The position numbers and the translations under genes are program-made. A stretch of 64,000 nucleotides of DNA, from NCBI GenBank assembly GCA_963790205.1, contig CAWBNQ010000001.1, positions 672,001-736,000 of the forward strand. The letters run 5' to 3'. The notes beneath the pieces were generated by a model. That model had not been told where the DNA came from. It made no database searches and saw only the letters and a list, made by a program, of their open reading frames with translations. The stretch is from Nitrospirota bacterium. GTDB taxonomy: Bacteria > Nitrospirota > UBA9217. Positions within the stretch are counted from its first letter, which is position 1. Every line of letters begins with the position of its first letter. Below are positions 19,343-28,900 of this stretch, piece after piece.

Positions 19343-21402
19343 GAATTGAGATGGTCCTCCAAATACATTGTAGGCAGATCTATAGCTGGAGCAGGGTATT
19401 TCGCAGCACTTGTTCTTGCTTTTTCAACAGTAGTTTTGCTAAAACGAGGAAGAATATCGTTGTCAATTATTGAAAGAATGAACCCATATGTCTTCTTAAA
19501 TGCCTTTGCGCTCATACTTTTTTTAAACTGCGCTATGCGATTATAATGAGAGATTAGTTCCGGCAGATCAGTGTCTAAGACAAGCGTGTGTCGACACGTT
19601 ATGCATTTCCAAAAACGGCTACAACGCTTCATTGCTTTTTCTCCTTTTAGCGGTGATCTAAACGGATCAAGACAGTTGCCGAGGCCCGTGAAAAATATCT
19701 GGTTGCGTAAAAGAGTTATTACTTTTTCCTTAGTCGTTCCGACTTTTTCTGCGTATCGGCCGATTAAATCATTATTTCTTATAGCACTTAATATATTTGC
19801 GATTCCGCGGAAGGCTCGATCTTCAGCTTTTTCTTTATCGAACTGATGTATATATCTCTGTGTTGTCTTTAGTTGAGCGTGATTTAAAAGCGTGCGAATT
19901 TTGACGATATCCCCATCGCATAATTCAAAAGCTCTAGAAGCAAATGTTGGCCTGAAACGCGTAATATTAAGTTTGAGCGGGCTGCCATCATCTGCTTTTA
20001 AATTGTACTTTTTAATAAGCCAGTCAAATTCATTATTAGAGATATCATCAATACTTCTTATTCCATTTGAATAGCTATTATAGAGCCATAGATTTTTTTC
20101 ATCTATGCCTGCTCCGGGCACAAGCGAATCGGTCAGATGAAGAACGCGCTCGACAATCAATCTAGCGATTGGGCTCCAGGATCGGTGAATTGAATGGCCT
20201 CGGGTTTTCGACCACGTTACATATTTGCGTCCAAGTAGCGCATCTTCCCTTATGCAGTCGCGTTTCATCTCAATAAGCGGCGTCTTATTTGCGCCTGTAA
20301 CAATAGCAAAAAACATTACAAAGGGTGTTAGCGCCTGTTTCGTTGTTGATGACCATACGTCTAAGCGCTGCCACACTGCGTCGATACCGCCATGAAAAAA
20401 TCTTGCAGCTCGAATAAATGAGTGATGGCCATTATCACGCAGCCAGTTTATTGATCTATATTCACACTGAAGAACATTTTCAAAATACCAAACAATGTTA
20501 TTCCACTGCGTCCAGGGTACTTGTGCCCCCTTGGTAGGATCCGTCCCAATACGCTTTTTGGTGTATTGTCTGTCAGAACCCACCCCTAATTTTGTCCAAA
20601 CGGCTTTTAACCCGTTATGAAATTTAACACCGACGACAAAACTTAAATGTCCGTGCTTACAAAGCCACCTCTGCGTTCTCGGCGTGCACCGTAATTTGGT
20701 CTCGAAATACCAAACAACGTTTTCCCATCCTCTCCAGGGTGAGTCTTTGTTGTGATTGCCGACACGGGGATCACGCCCAACATTTTTTTTAATATAATGG
20801 TTTTCAAGCTTTATATTGACCTCCTCCAGTTCCGCTTCTATGGCCCTCATAATCTGTACGAGTTCGCTTTTGGAGTAGGGTTCTCTAGGCGTACTATGTC
20901 TTGACGCTTTTGCATAAACGTCATGAGGAAATACTAAATTAACGGAGCAATCTTGCCGTTTGTGAATAACGAGCCACTCAAGCATTTTTTTTACATAAGA
21001 ATAAAATTTTCTCTGTGTATTTGGATTCCAGGGCTCGTCCGAAATTTTGTTATTTTGCTTTAGCCAATATATGTATAATTCTATGAGCCCTGAGTCGATT
21101 TGATCTAAAGTTGTTATGACGTTACCATAAGAGTCCAAGTGATCCAGAAACCGCCAAAATATTTTTAGCGCAAAAAGATAGCTTACTCGAGATTTATGTC
21201 TCAGAAACTGGCCGCAAAATGCATGTTGAAAGTGACGGGCTAGTACAGGTCTTTTATGTGCAAACGGTGAAAAATCATAGGGATATTTTTTGCCGGATCT
21301 ATCTTTAAGAACAACCTTCCAAGTAGGAAAAGCAACGGCAGCCTTTCGGCTTGTCACTGCAGATTTCTCAGTCGGAATCCTTTTTCGTTTCGTTATGTCC
21401 AT
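19339..21402 (-). CDS. Tyrosine-recombinase-fold protein with incomplete catalytic motif (Tfp/GinB-like)
   Basis: TGAN replaces TGxR; TRFRPT replaces HxxR; LNH…TTQRY retained; CWKC-like Cys cluster (CSRFWKCITC). Confidence 0.8.
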   Translation of the reverse strand: MDITKRKRIPTEKSAVTSRKAAVAFPTWKVVLKDRSGKKYPYDFSPFAHKRPVLARHFQHAFCGQFLRHKSRVSYLFALKIFWRFLDHLDSYGNVITTLDQIDSGLIELYIYWLKQNNKISDEPWNPNTQRKFYSYVKKMLEWLVIHKRQDCSVNLVFPHDVYAKASRHSTPREPYSKSELVQIMRAIEAELEEVNIKLENHYIKKNVGRDPRVGNHNKDSPWRGWENVVWYFETKLRCTPRTQRWLCKHGHLSFVVGVKFHNGLKAVWTKLGVGSDRQYTKKRIGTDPTKGAQVPWTQWNNIVWYFENVLQCEYRSINWLRDNGHHSFIRAARFFHGGIDAVWQRLDVWSSTTKQALTPFVMFFAIVTGANKTPLIEMKRDCIREDALLGRKYVTWSKTRGHSIHRSWSPIARLIVERVLHLTDSLVPGAGIDEKNLWLYNSYSNGIRSIDDISNNEFDWLIKKYNLKADDGSPLKLNITRFRPTFASRAFELCDGDIVKIRTLLNHAQLKTTQRYIHQFDKEKAEDRAFRGIANILSAIRNNDLIGRYAEKVGTTKEKVITLLRNQIFFTGLGNCLDPFRSPLKGEKAMKRCSRFWKCITCRHTLVLDTDLPELISHYNRIAQFKKSMSAKAFKKTYGFILSIIDNDILPRFSKTTVEKARTSAAKYPAPAIDLPTMYLEDHLNS

Positions 21403-22499
21403 TTAAATTTATTTTTGAACATGCGCATGATCTCTTTGTCGAGCTCAGCGACCGTCTTCAATATGGTTTCTGGGTCTAAATGCGTATAAATTTCAGTGGA
21501 CGATATCCGGACATGTCCTAGAAGCCTTTTCAGAGCGTATATGTCCTTTGTTTTTGCGTAATACCTGAAAGCAAATGTATGCCTGAACATGTGGGGCGTC
21601 AGTCGAAACCCCGCTTTTCGTCCCCAATTTCGCACTCGGTTCCATAATGCCTTTCGTGTAAGTGGACCCCCTCTTGAGTTGAGCCAGAAAGATTTTATAT
21701 TTTTTTTCTTGAGTCGCTTGATCTTTATTGAACGATCGTAGTCTCGCCAATTTAAAAGTGCTACAAGGAGAGGACGCCCGATATATACAGTTCTTTCTTT
21801 ATTGCCCTTCCCTATGACCTGAAACTCATACGTTTTTCTTTTGCTAAGCAAGTCTTCTTCTGGTATATCATCAAGGTTGATACCGACGAACTCAGCTAAT
21901 CTAGTTCCGGTAGAGATTAGAAGCGCATAAATCAGTTTATCCTCTTCGGAATCTAAAACCTTCTCAATGAGAATTTTTTGCTGTTCTTTTGAAATATAAG
22001 GTGCTTCTTTGCGGATTTTAGAAGGCACGACATCGGCAACATCTATAAAAACGGGCGATTTGTATGCATGAGCAAAAAAACCTTGATCTCCTGATATAGT
22101 GGCTTGCTGCTTATTTAAGGTAAAAGGGAGTTTGGATATAAAACCTTCCCTAAACGCCCATTTGTAGAATCGCACGTTCGTACTGATATAATCATGTATC
22201 GAATTAACTTCGATCACCTTTCCAGGTCCGTTTGCACATTCAAGATAACTTCGATATCTTGCAATATCTTTCTCAATAACGTGATTCCATTCTAAGTTGT
22301 TTTTGTCAAGCCAGTCGAAATAATACAGAGAATGATATCCGTATGTAGACCACGTTTTATCGCTTTGCGTCCTGCCTCTGACAAGGGCCAAATATCGAAA
22401 CCAACGGTTGGGGACAGTGATCAACTCCATTTTGTCATTGACCAGGAAAGGGATGCCTACCTTGTCATGTTCTTTGCCTGTGAAAAAGATTTCAGCCAT
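21393..22499 (-). CDS. XerC/D-like tyrosine recombinase (IntA/GinA-like)
   Basis: TGTRLAE, GKGNKER, PHMFRHTFA, LGHVRISSTEIY. Confidence 0.92.
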   Translation of the reverse strand: MAEIFFTGKEHDKVGIPFLVNDKMELITVPNRWFRYLALVRGRTQSDKTWSTYGYHSLYYFDWLDKNNLEWNHVIEKDIARYRSYLECANGPGKVIEVNSIHDYISTNVRFYKWAFREGFISKLPFTLNKQQATISGDQGFFAHAYKSPVFIDVADVVPSKIRKEAPYISKEQQKILIEKVLDSEEDKLIYALLISTGTRLAEFVGINLDDIPEEDLLSKRKTYEFQVIGKGNKERTVYIGRPLLVALLNWRDYDRSIKIKRLKKKNIKSFWLNSRGGPLTRKALWNRVRNWGRKAGFRLTPHMFRHTFAFRYYAKTKDIYALKRLLGHVRISSTEIYTHLDPETILKTVAELDKEIMRMFKNKFKWT

Positions 22500-22605
22500 C
22501 TTCTGCTCTAACGGGTCACCCAAAAGGTCCTGTTCAAATGCTTTGTAAATGCGTGTGGGGACGCAACCGAATTGGATTATGAGCTCGGTTATTCATATGA
22601 CTGAA

Positions 22606-22634
22606 ATGGTACGTTAAGTGGGCGGCATTGTCAA
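22606..22634 (-). promoter_or_regulatory. sigma70 promoter for the recombinase operon
   Basis: TTGACA-N17-TACCAT on the minus strand. Confidence 0.6.
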
Positions 22635-22672
22635 TAGAAAAGCTTCGTAAGTAACTGAAAATATTAACTATT

Positions 22673-22697
22673 TCAGTGGCACTGACTCAGTGGCACT
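22673..22697. promoter_or_regulatory. Palindromic/tandem operator-like site between divergent promoters
   Basis: TCAGTG-G-CACTGA palindrome; TCAGTGGCACT repeated at 22673 and 22687. Confidence 0.5.
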
Positions 22698-22737
22698 AAA
22701 ATAGTCGTTCTAAATTCGAGAAGCGATGCGGCTCCCA

Positions 22738-22766
22738 TTGACACCGTTTTGAATCAGGCATATAGT
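22738..22766 (+). promoter_or_regulatory. sigma70 promoter upstream of the DUF6361-PLD-helicase operon
   Basis: TTGACA-N17-TATAGT. Confidence 0.6.
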
Positions 22767-22911
22767 CGTGCTATTACGGATTTTAAAAATAGCGAAAAAA
22801 GAGACCGCGCAGGTATTGTCATGAAAAAGCTGAGGCTGCCTTTACTCATCCTTGTTCTACCTGTCACTGTTAATGCAGAAGGACTCACTCTGAATATAGG
22901 GTCTAACTGAC

Positions 22912-24138
22912 GTGAAACTGGATGCTGTCACGTGGCTGGACTTCCGGGCCGACGATCTTTCGCAGGCGCGCAATTTCATTCGCTCGCTGCAAGAAGAAGG
23001 TGTGATCGACGAACTGGGATTCCTTGCCCTGCTGGGACGGTTCTCAGATCTCCTGCATCCCGCGACAACGACATTGATGCGTTCAGCGCGGTATTTTTAC
23101 TTCGTTGCCGGAATCTATCGCGAACTCGAGAGAGAGAGTGTTCGCTCCAGCCAAGTTGCTCTTCGTGCTCAGCAGCGGCAGAATGCTCTTGCCGTAGAAC
23201 TTGCCGTCAAGGAGAGTGTCGGCGTTATTGGTAAAGAATCTGGGATGACGTTGCAACAGTTCCCCTCACTGATTTACTGGGGTGCACTGCGCAAGCTCGG
23301 GATGATGACCACCCAACTATCCGAGAGCGCATACCAGGAGCAGTTCGACGACATTCGTGTTCAGCGGCGCGGGTACAAGGACGATGACAAGACTGCTCAA
23401 GGACCGGTAGATTTCCTGTACTGGGACGCGACGTTACCGCCCGCAACGTTCCTCGACGCGCAAGGCGGTGTGAAGTCAGGAGTGACCTTCAAGCTCACCA
23501 ATGCTGAAGCCCAGGATTTGCAGAGGCGGTTCACGTCCAAATTCCCTAAATCACTGTTGTCGCACATGCTCACGAATCGTCTTGTGGGTACGCTGTGGCC
23601 TTGGGATTGCCCGAAGCCGCCGGCGGACCTCCATGTGTGGCTCTCCCACGCCAGGAGCATGAGTCTTTTTGTTCGTGGCGCGACACTTCAATACTACGCG
23701 CTCTTGATAGAGTCGCTCGACCAATTGGGGGATCGCCAGTCGAAAGACGTAGTCACTCCGGTCTTTGAGAATTGGTGGGTCGAAGCGAGAGGCATTCTGA
23801 AGAAGTGGAACACGAATGAGTTTGCGACCGTGCCCACGGTGGCTTCTGCGCTCCGTGTTGACCCTAAAGGAGATCGGTGGTTTATGGACGGCTGGCTTGA
23901 TCGCTTCCTAGCTGCGCCGAATGCTAAAGCCCTTCTTGCTGACAGGCAAGCACGCGACTTGATACGAGAAAGAGAAATTAGGGTAAAACCGGCCAAGGCG
24001 CGACTCAAACATCCAAAACACCTGAAGCAGTGGAAGCCCGATCGTGTTGGAGATGCCGTCTACCAGTTTGACTACCGGCACAACATTGGCTCCCGGTTTG
24101 TGTCTGAGATTCTTGGCGGCATGGGGTATGGGCAATGA
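22912..24138 (+). CDS. DUF6361-like protein (Azaca ZacA-like)
   Basis: WLDF…EEGVIDELG…FSDLLHPATTTL..ARYFYFV and PSLIYWGALRKLG motifs; first of three overlapping genes. Confidence 0.7.
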   Translation: MKLDAVTWLDFRADDLSQARNFIRSLQEEGVIDELGFLALLGRFSDLLHPATTTLMRSARYFYFVAGIYRELERESVRSSQVALRAQQRQNALAVELAVKESVGVIGKESGMTLQQFPSLIYWGALRKLGMMTTQLSESAYQEQFDDIRVQRRGYKDDDKTAQGPVDFLYWDATLPPATFLDAQGGVKSGVTFKLTNAEAQDLQRRFTSKFPKSLLSHMLTNRLVGTLWPWDCPKPPADLHVWLSHARSMSLFVRGATLQYYALLIESLDQLGDRQSKDVVTPVFENWWVEARGILKKWNTNEFATVPTVASALRVDPKGDRWFMDGWLDRFLAAPNAKALLADRQARDLIREREIRVKPAKARLKHPKHLKQWKPDRVGDAVYQFDYRHNIGSRFVSEILGGMGYGQ

Positions 24139-25928
24139 GTGTCCTCGACGTGACCCGTCAACGCAGCGCTTTCACGGACGCTCTACGCCCGCCGCCCGGG
24201 TACGTTTTGGGGGCCTGCATCGGAACCACCTACAGCTTGGACTTTGAAGCGTTTACCGCCGTCCTGTTGGCATTTGTCGGAGCGGATGTTGAAGATCCTC
24301 TCAATGATGCGCCATCCGTGCTGACTACAGTTTCGCGTTTACGGTCTCGTCTGGGTGTGTTTGTGAACAGTGGAAGCTTGCACCCGCCAAGAACGACCAA
24401 CAGGCTCTTTGCGCTGTACGACCGGATTCTGCGTCCAATCACACTGGATCGGGGAGCGTTTCATCCCAAGGTCTGGGTTTTGCGGTACGATCCTACGAGG
24501 CGACCCGAACAGAATAGTGTCGAGCCGATCTATCGAGTTCTCACAGCCAGCAGGAACGTGACGGATTCCGGTTGCTGGGAGCTTGGTGCGTTGCTGCAGG
24601 GCACCAAGCAATCGAGTCGCCAACAGTTTGGCTCCGATCTGTCCGCCTTCTGTCGAAAGGTGGCGGCAGCGCCGAATCTGCCAAAGGCACTCTGGCAGCT
24701 GATCAACGAGCTCAAGAATGTCGAGTTTGCCCAACCTCGGGAGGCGGCGACCAACCTGAGATTCGATTGGCAGTGGCCAGGTAAGCAAGTGCTCATCAAT
24801 CATCTGCCGAATCGTGCGACCCGAGTACTCCTGATCTCGCCATTTGTTCGCGCGGAATTTCTCACGAAGATTTGCGAGCGGGTTGACGAGCTTATCCTCA
24901 TCAGTACTCAGGAGGAACTTGACAGCCTGTCAGAAAATACTCACGCCCAGCTAGCCGATGCCCAAGTTTTCGTTGTCACAGGCAGCGGCGTTGAAGACAT
25001 GCCGACGCTGGATCTTCACGCCAAGTTGCTCGTGTGGGAAAACAACGCAGAGACCGAGACCATGATTGGGTCCGCGAATGCCACCGGTCCGGGTTGGGGT
25101 TGCGGTTCGATCACGAATTGCGAAGCCATGGTTTCGCTGCGGCCGGGGCTTGGGATAGAACCGGTCATGAAAGCTTTTGTGTCTCCGTCAAAAGGGCAAC
25201 TTCATGAGTGGATCGAGCAGTATAATAGAAAGCCCGAAGTCGTTGACCCCGAAAAAGAGGCGTGTAGGCATTTAGAGAAGTTTAAACGTATCCTGTTAGC
25301 TGACAAAATTCATGGGGACTACAAGCCCGACAAGAAGCTCTTGCGATTGGTTGCCAAGTCACCAGTGGCTGGAGATGCGTGGCCGTCAAGCGTTCGCGCC
25401 GAAATCGTCCCCCTCCTGCAGCGTGATCTAAAGATGTGGGAGGACTATCGTCTGATATATAGCGCAGGCGCGTCATTTGCCGGTATTGAGCTCGAGGATG
25501 TCACGGCCTTTGCGATAGTCATCCTTCGTGACGAACACTACAAGGACATCGATGTTTCATTCGTTGTTCAGTTTGAACTTAACATGGATCAACAGGAAGC
25601 TGACGCGCGAGACAACGCAGTGAATACGCGGCTTCTTGAAGGGGTTGACGCTCGCAACTTGCTCTTAAATGTCCTAAGCGGTTTACCAGGTGGAACGTCG
25701 CGCTCGCCTTCAGTCGACCAGCATCATGGTGGCGGGCATGGAAGCGAGCCACTTCTACGCCGGGCAAGCATCGAGCGGATTCTTGAAGTATGCACGGCCG
25801 ATCCCAGCCGTGCCGAGGAGGTCGAGGCTGTCCTGGCGGCCTGTGGCGATGCCGAGAACATGAGCTCATTCCGTAAGTTCTGGGCCGTGTTTCGGGAGGC
25901 ACTCGCAGAGGAGCGCGCCGGTGTCTGA
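24135..25928 (+). CDS. Phospholipase D-superfamily nuclease-like protein (ZacB-like)
   Basis: GTTYSLD; two HxK motifs FHPKVW…SRNVT and LHAKLL…GSANAT. Confidence 0.8.
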   Translation: MSVLDVTRQRSAFTDALRPPPGYVLGACIGTTYSLDFEAFTAVLLAFVGADVEDPLNDAPSVLTTVSRLRSRLGVFVNSGSLHPPRTTNRLFALYDRILRPITLDRGAFHPKVWVLRYDPTRRPEQNSVEPIYRVLTASRNVTDSGCWELGALLQGTKQSSRQQFGSDLSAFCRKVAAAPNLPKALWQLINELKNVEFAQPREAATNLRFDWQWPGKQVLINHLPNRATRVLLISPFVRAEFLTKICERVDELILISTQEELDSLSENTHAQLADAQVFVVTGSGVEDMPTLDLHAKLLVWENNAETETMIGSANATGPGWGCGSITNCEAMVSLRPGLGIEPVMKAFVSPSKGQLHEWIEQYNRKPEVVDPEKEACRHLEKFKRILLADKIHGDYKPDKKLLRLVAKSPVAGDAWPSSVRAEIVPLLQRDLKMWEDYRLIYSAGASFAGIELEDVTAFAIVILRDEHYKDIDVSFVVQFELNMDQQEADARDNAVNTRLLEGVDARNLLLNVLSGLPGGTSRSPSVDQHHGGGHGSEPLLRRASIERILEVCTADPSRAEEVEAVLAACGDAENMSSFRKFWAVFREALAEERAGV

Positions 25929-28900
25929 CCTGAAGCTTGCAGAGTTCCAGAGTGCCGCGGCTCAGACTATCTGTGATCGTCTGACGGACCGCAATGGTTC
26001 GCGACGCTTTCTCCTTGCTGATGAAGTCGGTCTCGGCAAAACCGTTGTTGCGCGCGGCGTCATCGAGGAACTGTTGCGTCGTCGAAGAGGAAGAGACCTG
26101 AATGTGGTCTATCTCTGCTCGAATTCGGAGATCGCAGATCAGAATCGAATCAAACTGGCGCCAAAAGCGCCGCCATCCGTGCGTAGGATCACCCAGCTTG
26201 CATGGAGCGGGAGCGGCAGTGATTCTGACCGGCTTCAGCTCTACTCGTTTACGCCTGGTACATCGCTAACAGCGGGCACCGGAATGGCTTGGGAACGCCG
26301 GATGCTCCTTTATTTAGCCTATCGGGTGCTCCGGCTCGACATTCTCCGAGGCAACTGGCGAAATTACTTCCGGTGCGGCGCGGGCAAGGAGAATTGGAGA
26401 AAGGACACCAGGTTCCGCTCGCTGAAGAACGAGTTTAGTCGCAAACTTCGCTCAGGCTTACAGGAGCGGATAGCCGACGAATGGAAGAAACCGATTGAGA
26501 TTGGCGGCGCCACGCTGGTGCCACTGTCAGCGCTGCGGGCTGAAGTGGATATGTTTGATCCGGAGGATCCGGAGAGTCGGAGGCGCCGCAACAAGCTTAT
26601 AGGCATTTTGCGTACGGGCGCTCAGCGTGCTCTCTTGGATGAACTGGAGCCCCATCTCGTGATTCTTGACGAGGTTCAGCGCTTCAGAGAGGTGATTGAG
26701 GAGGCTGGAAGCAAGAAATCCATCGCGGCGCGTCTCTTCGAGCGCGACCCGGCGGTGCTGATTCTGTCGGCCACCCCGTACCGAATGCTGTCCCTGGATC
26801 ACGAAGGACAGGGAAACTACGACGAATTTCTCGATACAGTGCGCTTCCTGTTTGCGGCCAAGGGTAAAGGGGAAGTAAATAACCTCCGGGCTGATCTGAA
26901 GGCCTTTCGCGAGCGGCTGGAAGTCGGCGTCTTCTTGCGAGGGAACGATACGGATCTCTTGACGCTGAAGTTTAGGATCGAAACACGCTTGCGCAAAGTG
27001 ATCTGCCGTACGGAGCGGAATGCGTACATTCAAGACCAATCGAAGGGCATCGAAGAATTCCGTCCCACGGGAAATGCGTTTGCCGTGCCTCAGAAGCAAG
27101 AGGTGGTTGACTTCATCCGACTACGGCGGTTCCTACTCGATAAAGTAGATACCTCCCAACACATCACAGAGTATTGGAAATCCTGTCCGGCACCGTTCAC
27201 CTTCATGGATGCTCAATATGCTCCGATGGCAGCAGCGAAACGCAAAAAAGCCATTGTGCCCACGGGAGTGGTTGAGCCTCCCTCGAGACTCCGAGAACTA
27301 GCGCACCGGAACCTGCGTTTCCGCCAGCTGTTCCAAGCCGTGTTTGGCGCAACCAATACGCCGTGGAAGTTTCTATGGACTCGGCCGACTTACACTTATT
27401 ATCGAGACGAATTCTTCAGGGACGCAGATCCCGCAAAAATGCTGGTTTTCTCAGGGTGGCGTTTTGTTCCGAAGGCCATAGCACTTCTCACTAGCCTCGA
27501 GGCGGAGCAGCGAATCGCCCCTCACGGCCGCCTATGGGAGGCCGAGTATAGTCAACCTCTGAGTTTCACAGAAAAGGGCTCGTACCACATTTTTGACGTT
27601 TGCTTCCCGTCGCCGGCGCTTGCTCGGCTAATCGAGCCGTCATCGATGGCGTACGAGGAATTGACGGCCAAAGAAGTGCTTAAACGCTCTCGAAAGTCAC
27701 TCAAAGCGGCTCTGACGAAGGCCGGCATTGTGATCGCAGATACGAATAACTCGCCGCTCTGGCAAGTAGTTGCTCGTCTAGAAAAGAATGCAAGCACACT
27801 CGTGCATCTCAAGCTCAAAGAGTGCTCTGCCTATCGGGGCAACCACGCGACCGACCTATTCGAAGAGCACGTTGATACATTCGTCGACTGGATGAATAGC
27901 GACGAGCCACTGCGAATCTCAGAGGAGCGATTGACGCACCTGGCCATGATTGTCGCCTTCTCGCCCGCAATAGCGCTCCTGCGTGCATTCTGGTCGACGT
28001 TTCCTTCTGCGGGAAGACAGGTACCAATTGGTTTAGTCGACCTGTGCTTCGGAGCACTCAGAAGCTATTTCAACCGGCGCACCGTTCGAGCTATCGTCCA
28101 ACGGAGCGTGCCGGAAGGTCGACGCTACGCGCGCGCAGTAATTGAGTACTGCCAACGCGCACATTTTCAGGCGGTGGCCGATGAGTACCTCTACGTCGGG
28201 AAGAATGTGCTTCAGCGAAATACGCCCGGCGAGATGGCGGAGCATTTGCAACGAGTATTGGGTATCGGAACGGGAAGCCCCAACATCAACCTGACCACGG
28301 ATACAGGACGTCTGCGTCAGGACCAGCTGGCGAGACGTGCCCATTTTGCCCTTGCTTTCGGCGAAGACCTCAAGGCTGATCAAGAATCACACCTTGAGCA
28401 ATCGGGGCCCAGCCGAAAGACGGCGGTGCGTGAAGCCTTCAATTCGCCATTCTGGCCGTTTGTGTTGTCAACGACCTCGGTGGGGCAGGAAGGTCTGGAC
28501 TTCCACCTCTTCTGTCGTGATATCGTGCATTGGAACCTGCCGTCCAATCCGGTGGACCTTGAGCAACGCGAAGGGAGAATCAATCGCCGCGATGGACTCG
28601 TCATTCGCCGCGCCATTGCCAGAGAATGGCCGATGAAGCGACTTACCAGAGCGCTCACGGGTGAGCCGACAAGTTTCTGGGATGGCGTATTTAACGTGAT
28701 CGGCGAGGCCTCTGATGTGCAGCGCTATAAGCACGGGCTATATCCTCACTGGATTTTTGAATCAAGAGGCGGTCAGGTTGAGCGTATCAGGCGACACCTG
28801 TTTTTCTATGCTGACAGCCAAGATGCGAGTCGTTACGATGAACTGAAGGAGCGACTTGCGCTCTATCGCTTGGTATTCGGCCAGCCGCGTCAGCAGGACC

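Noticed and set aside
17080..22499. Prophage, ICE or RIT element
   Set aside because: No structural, conjugation or relaxase genes; RIT recombinases are three similar-sized ~300-450 aa proteins without this fourth gene.
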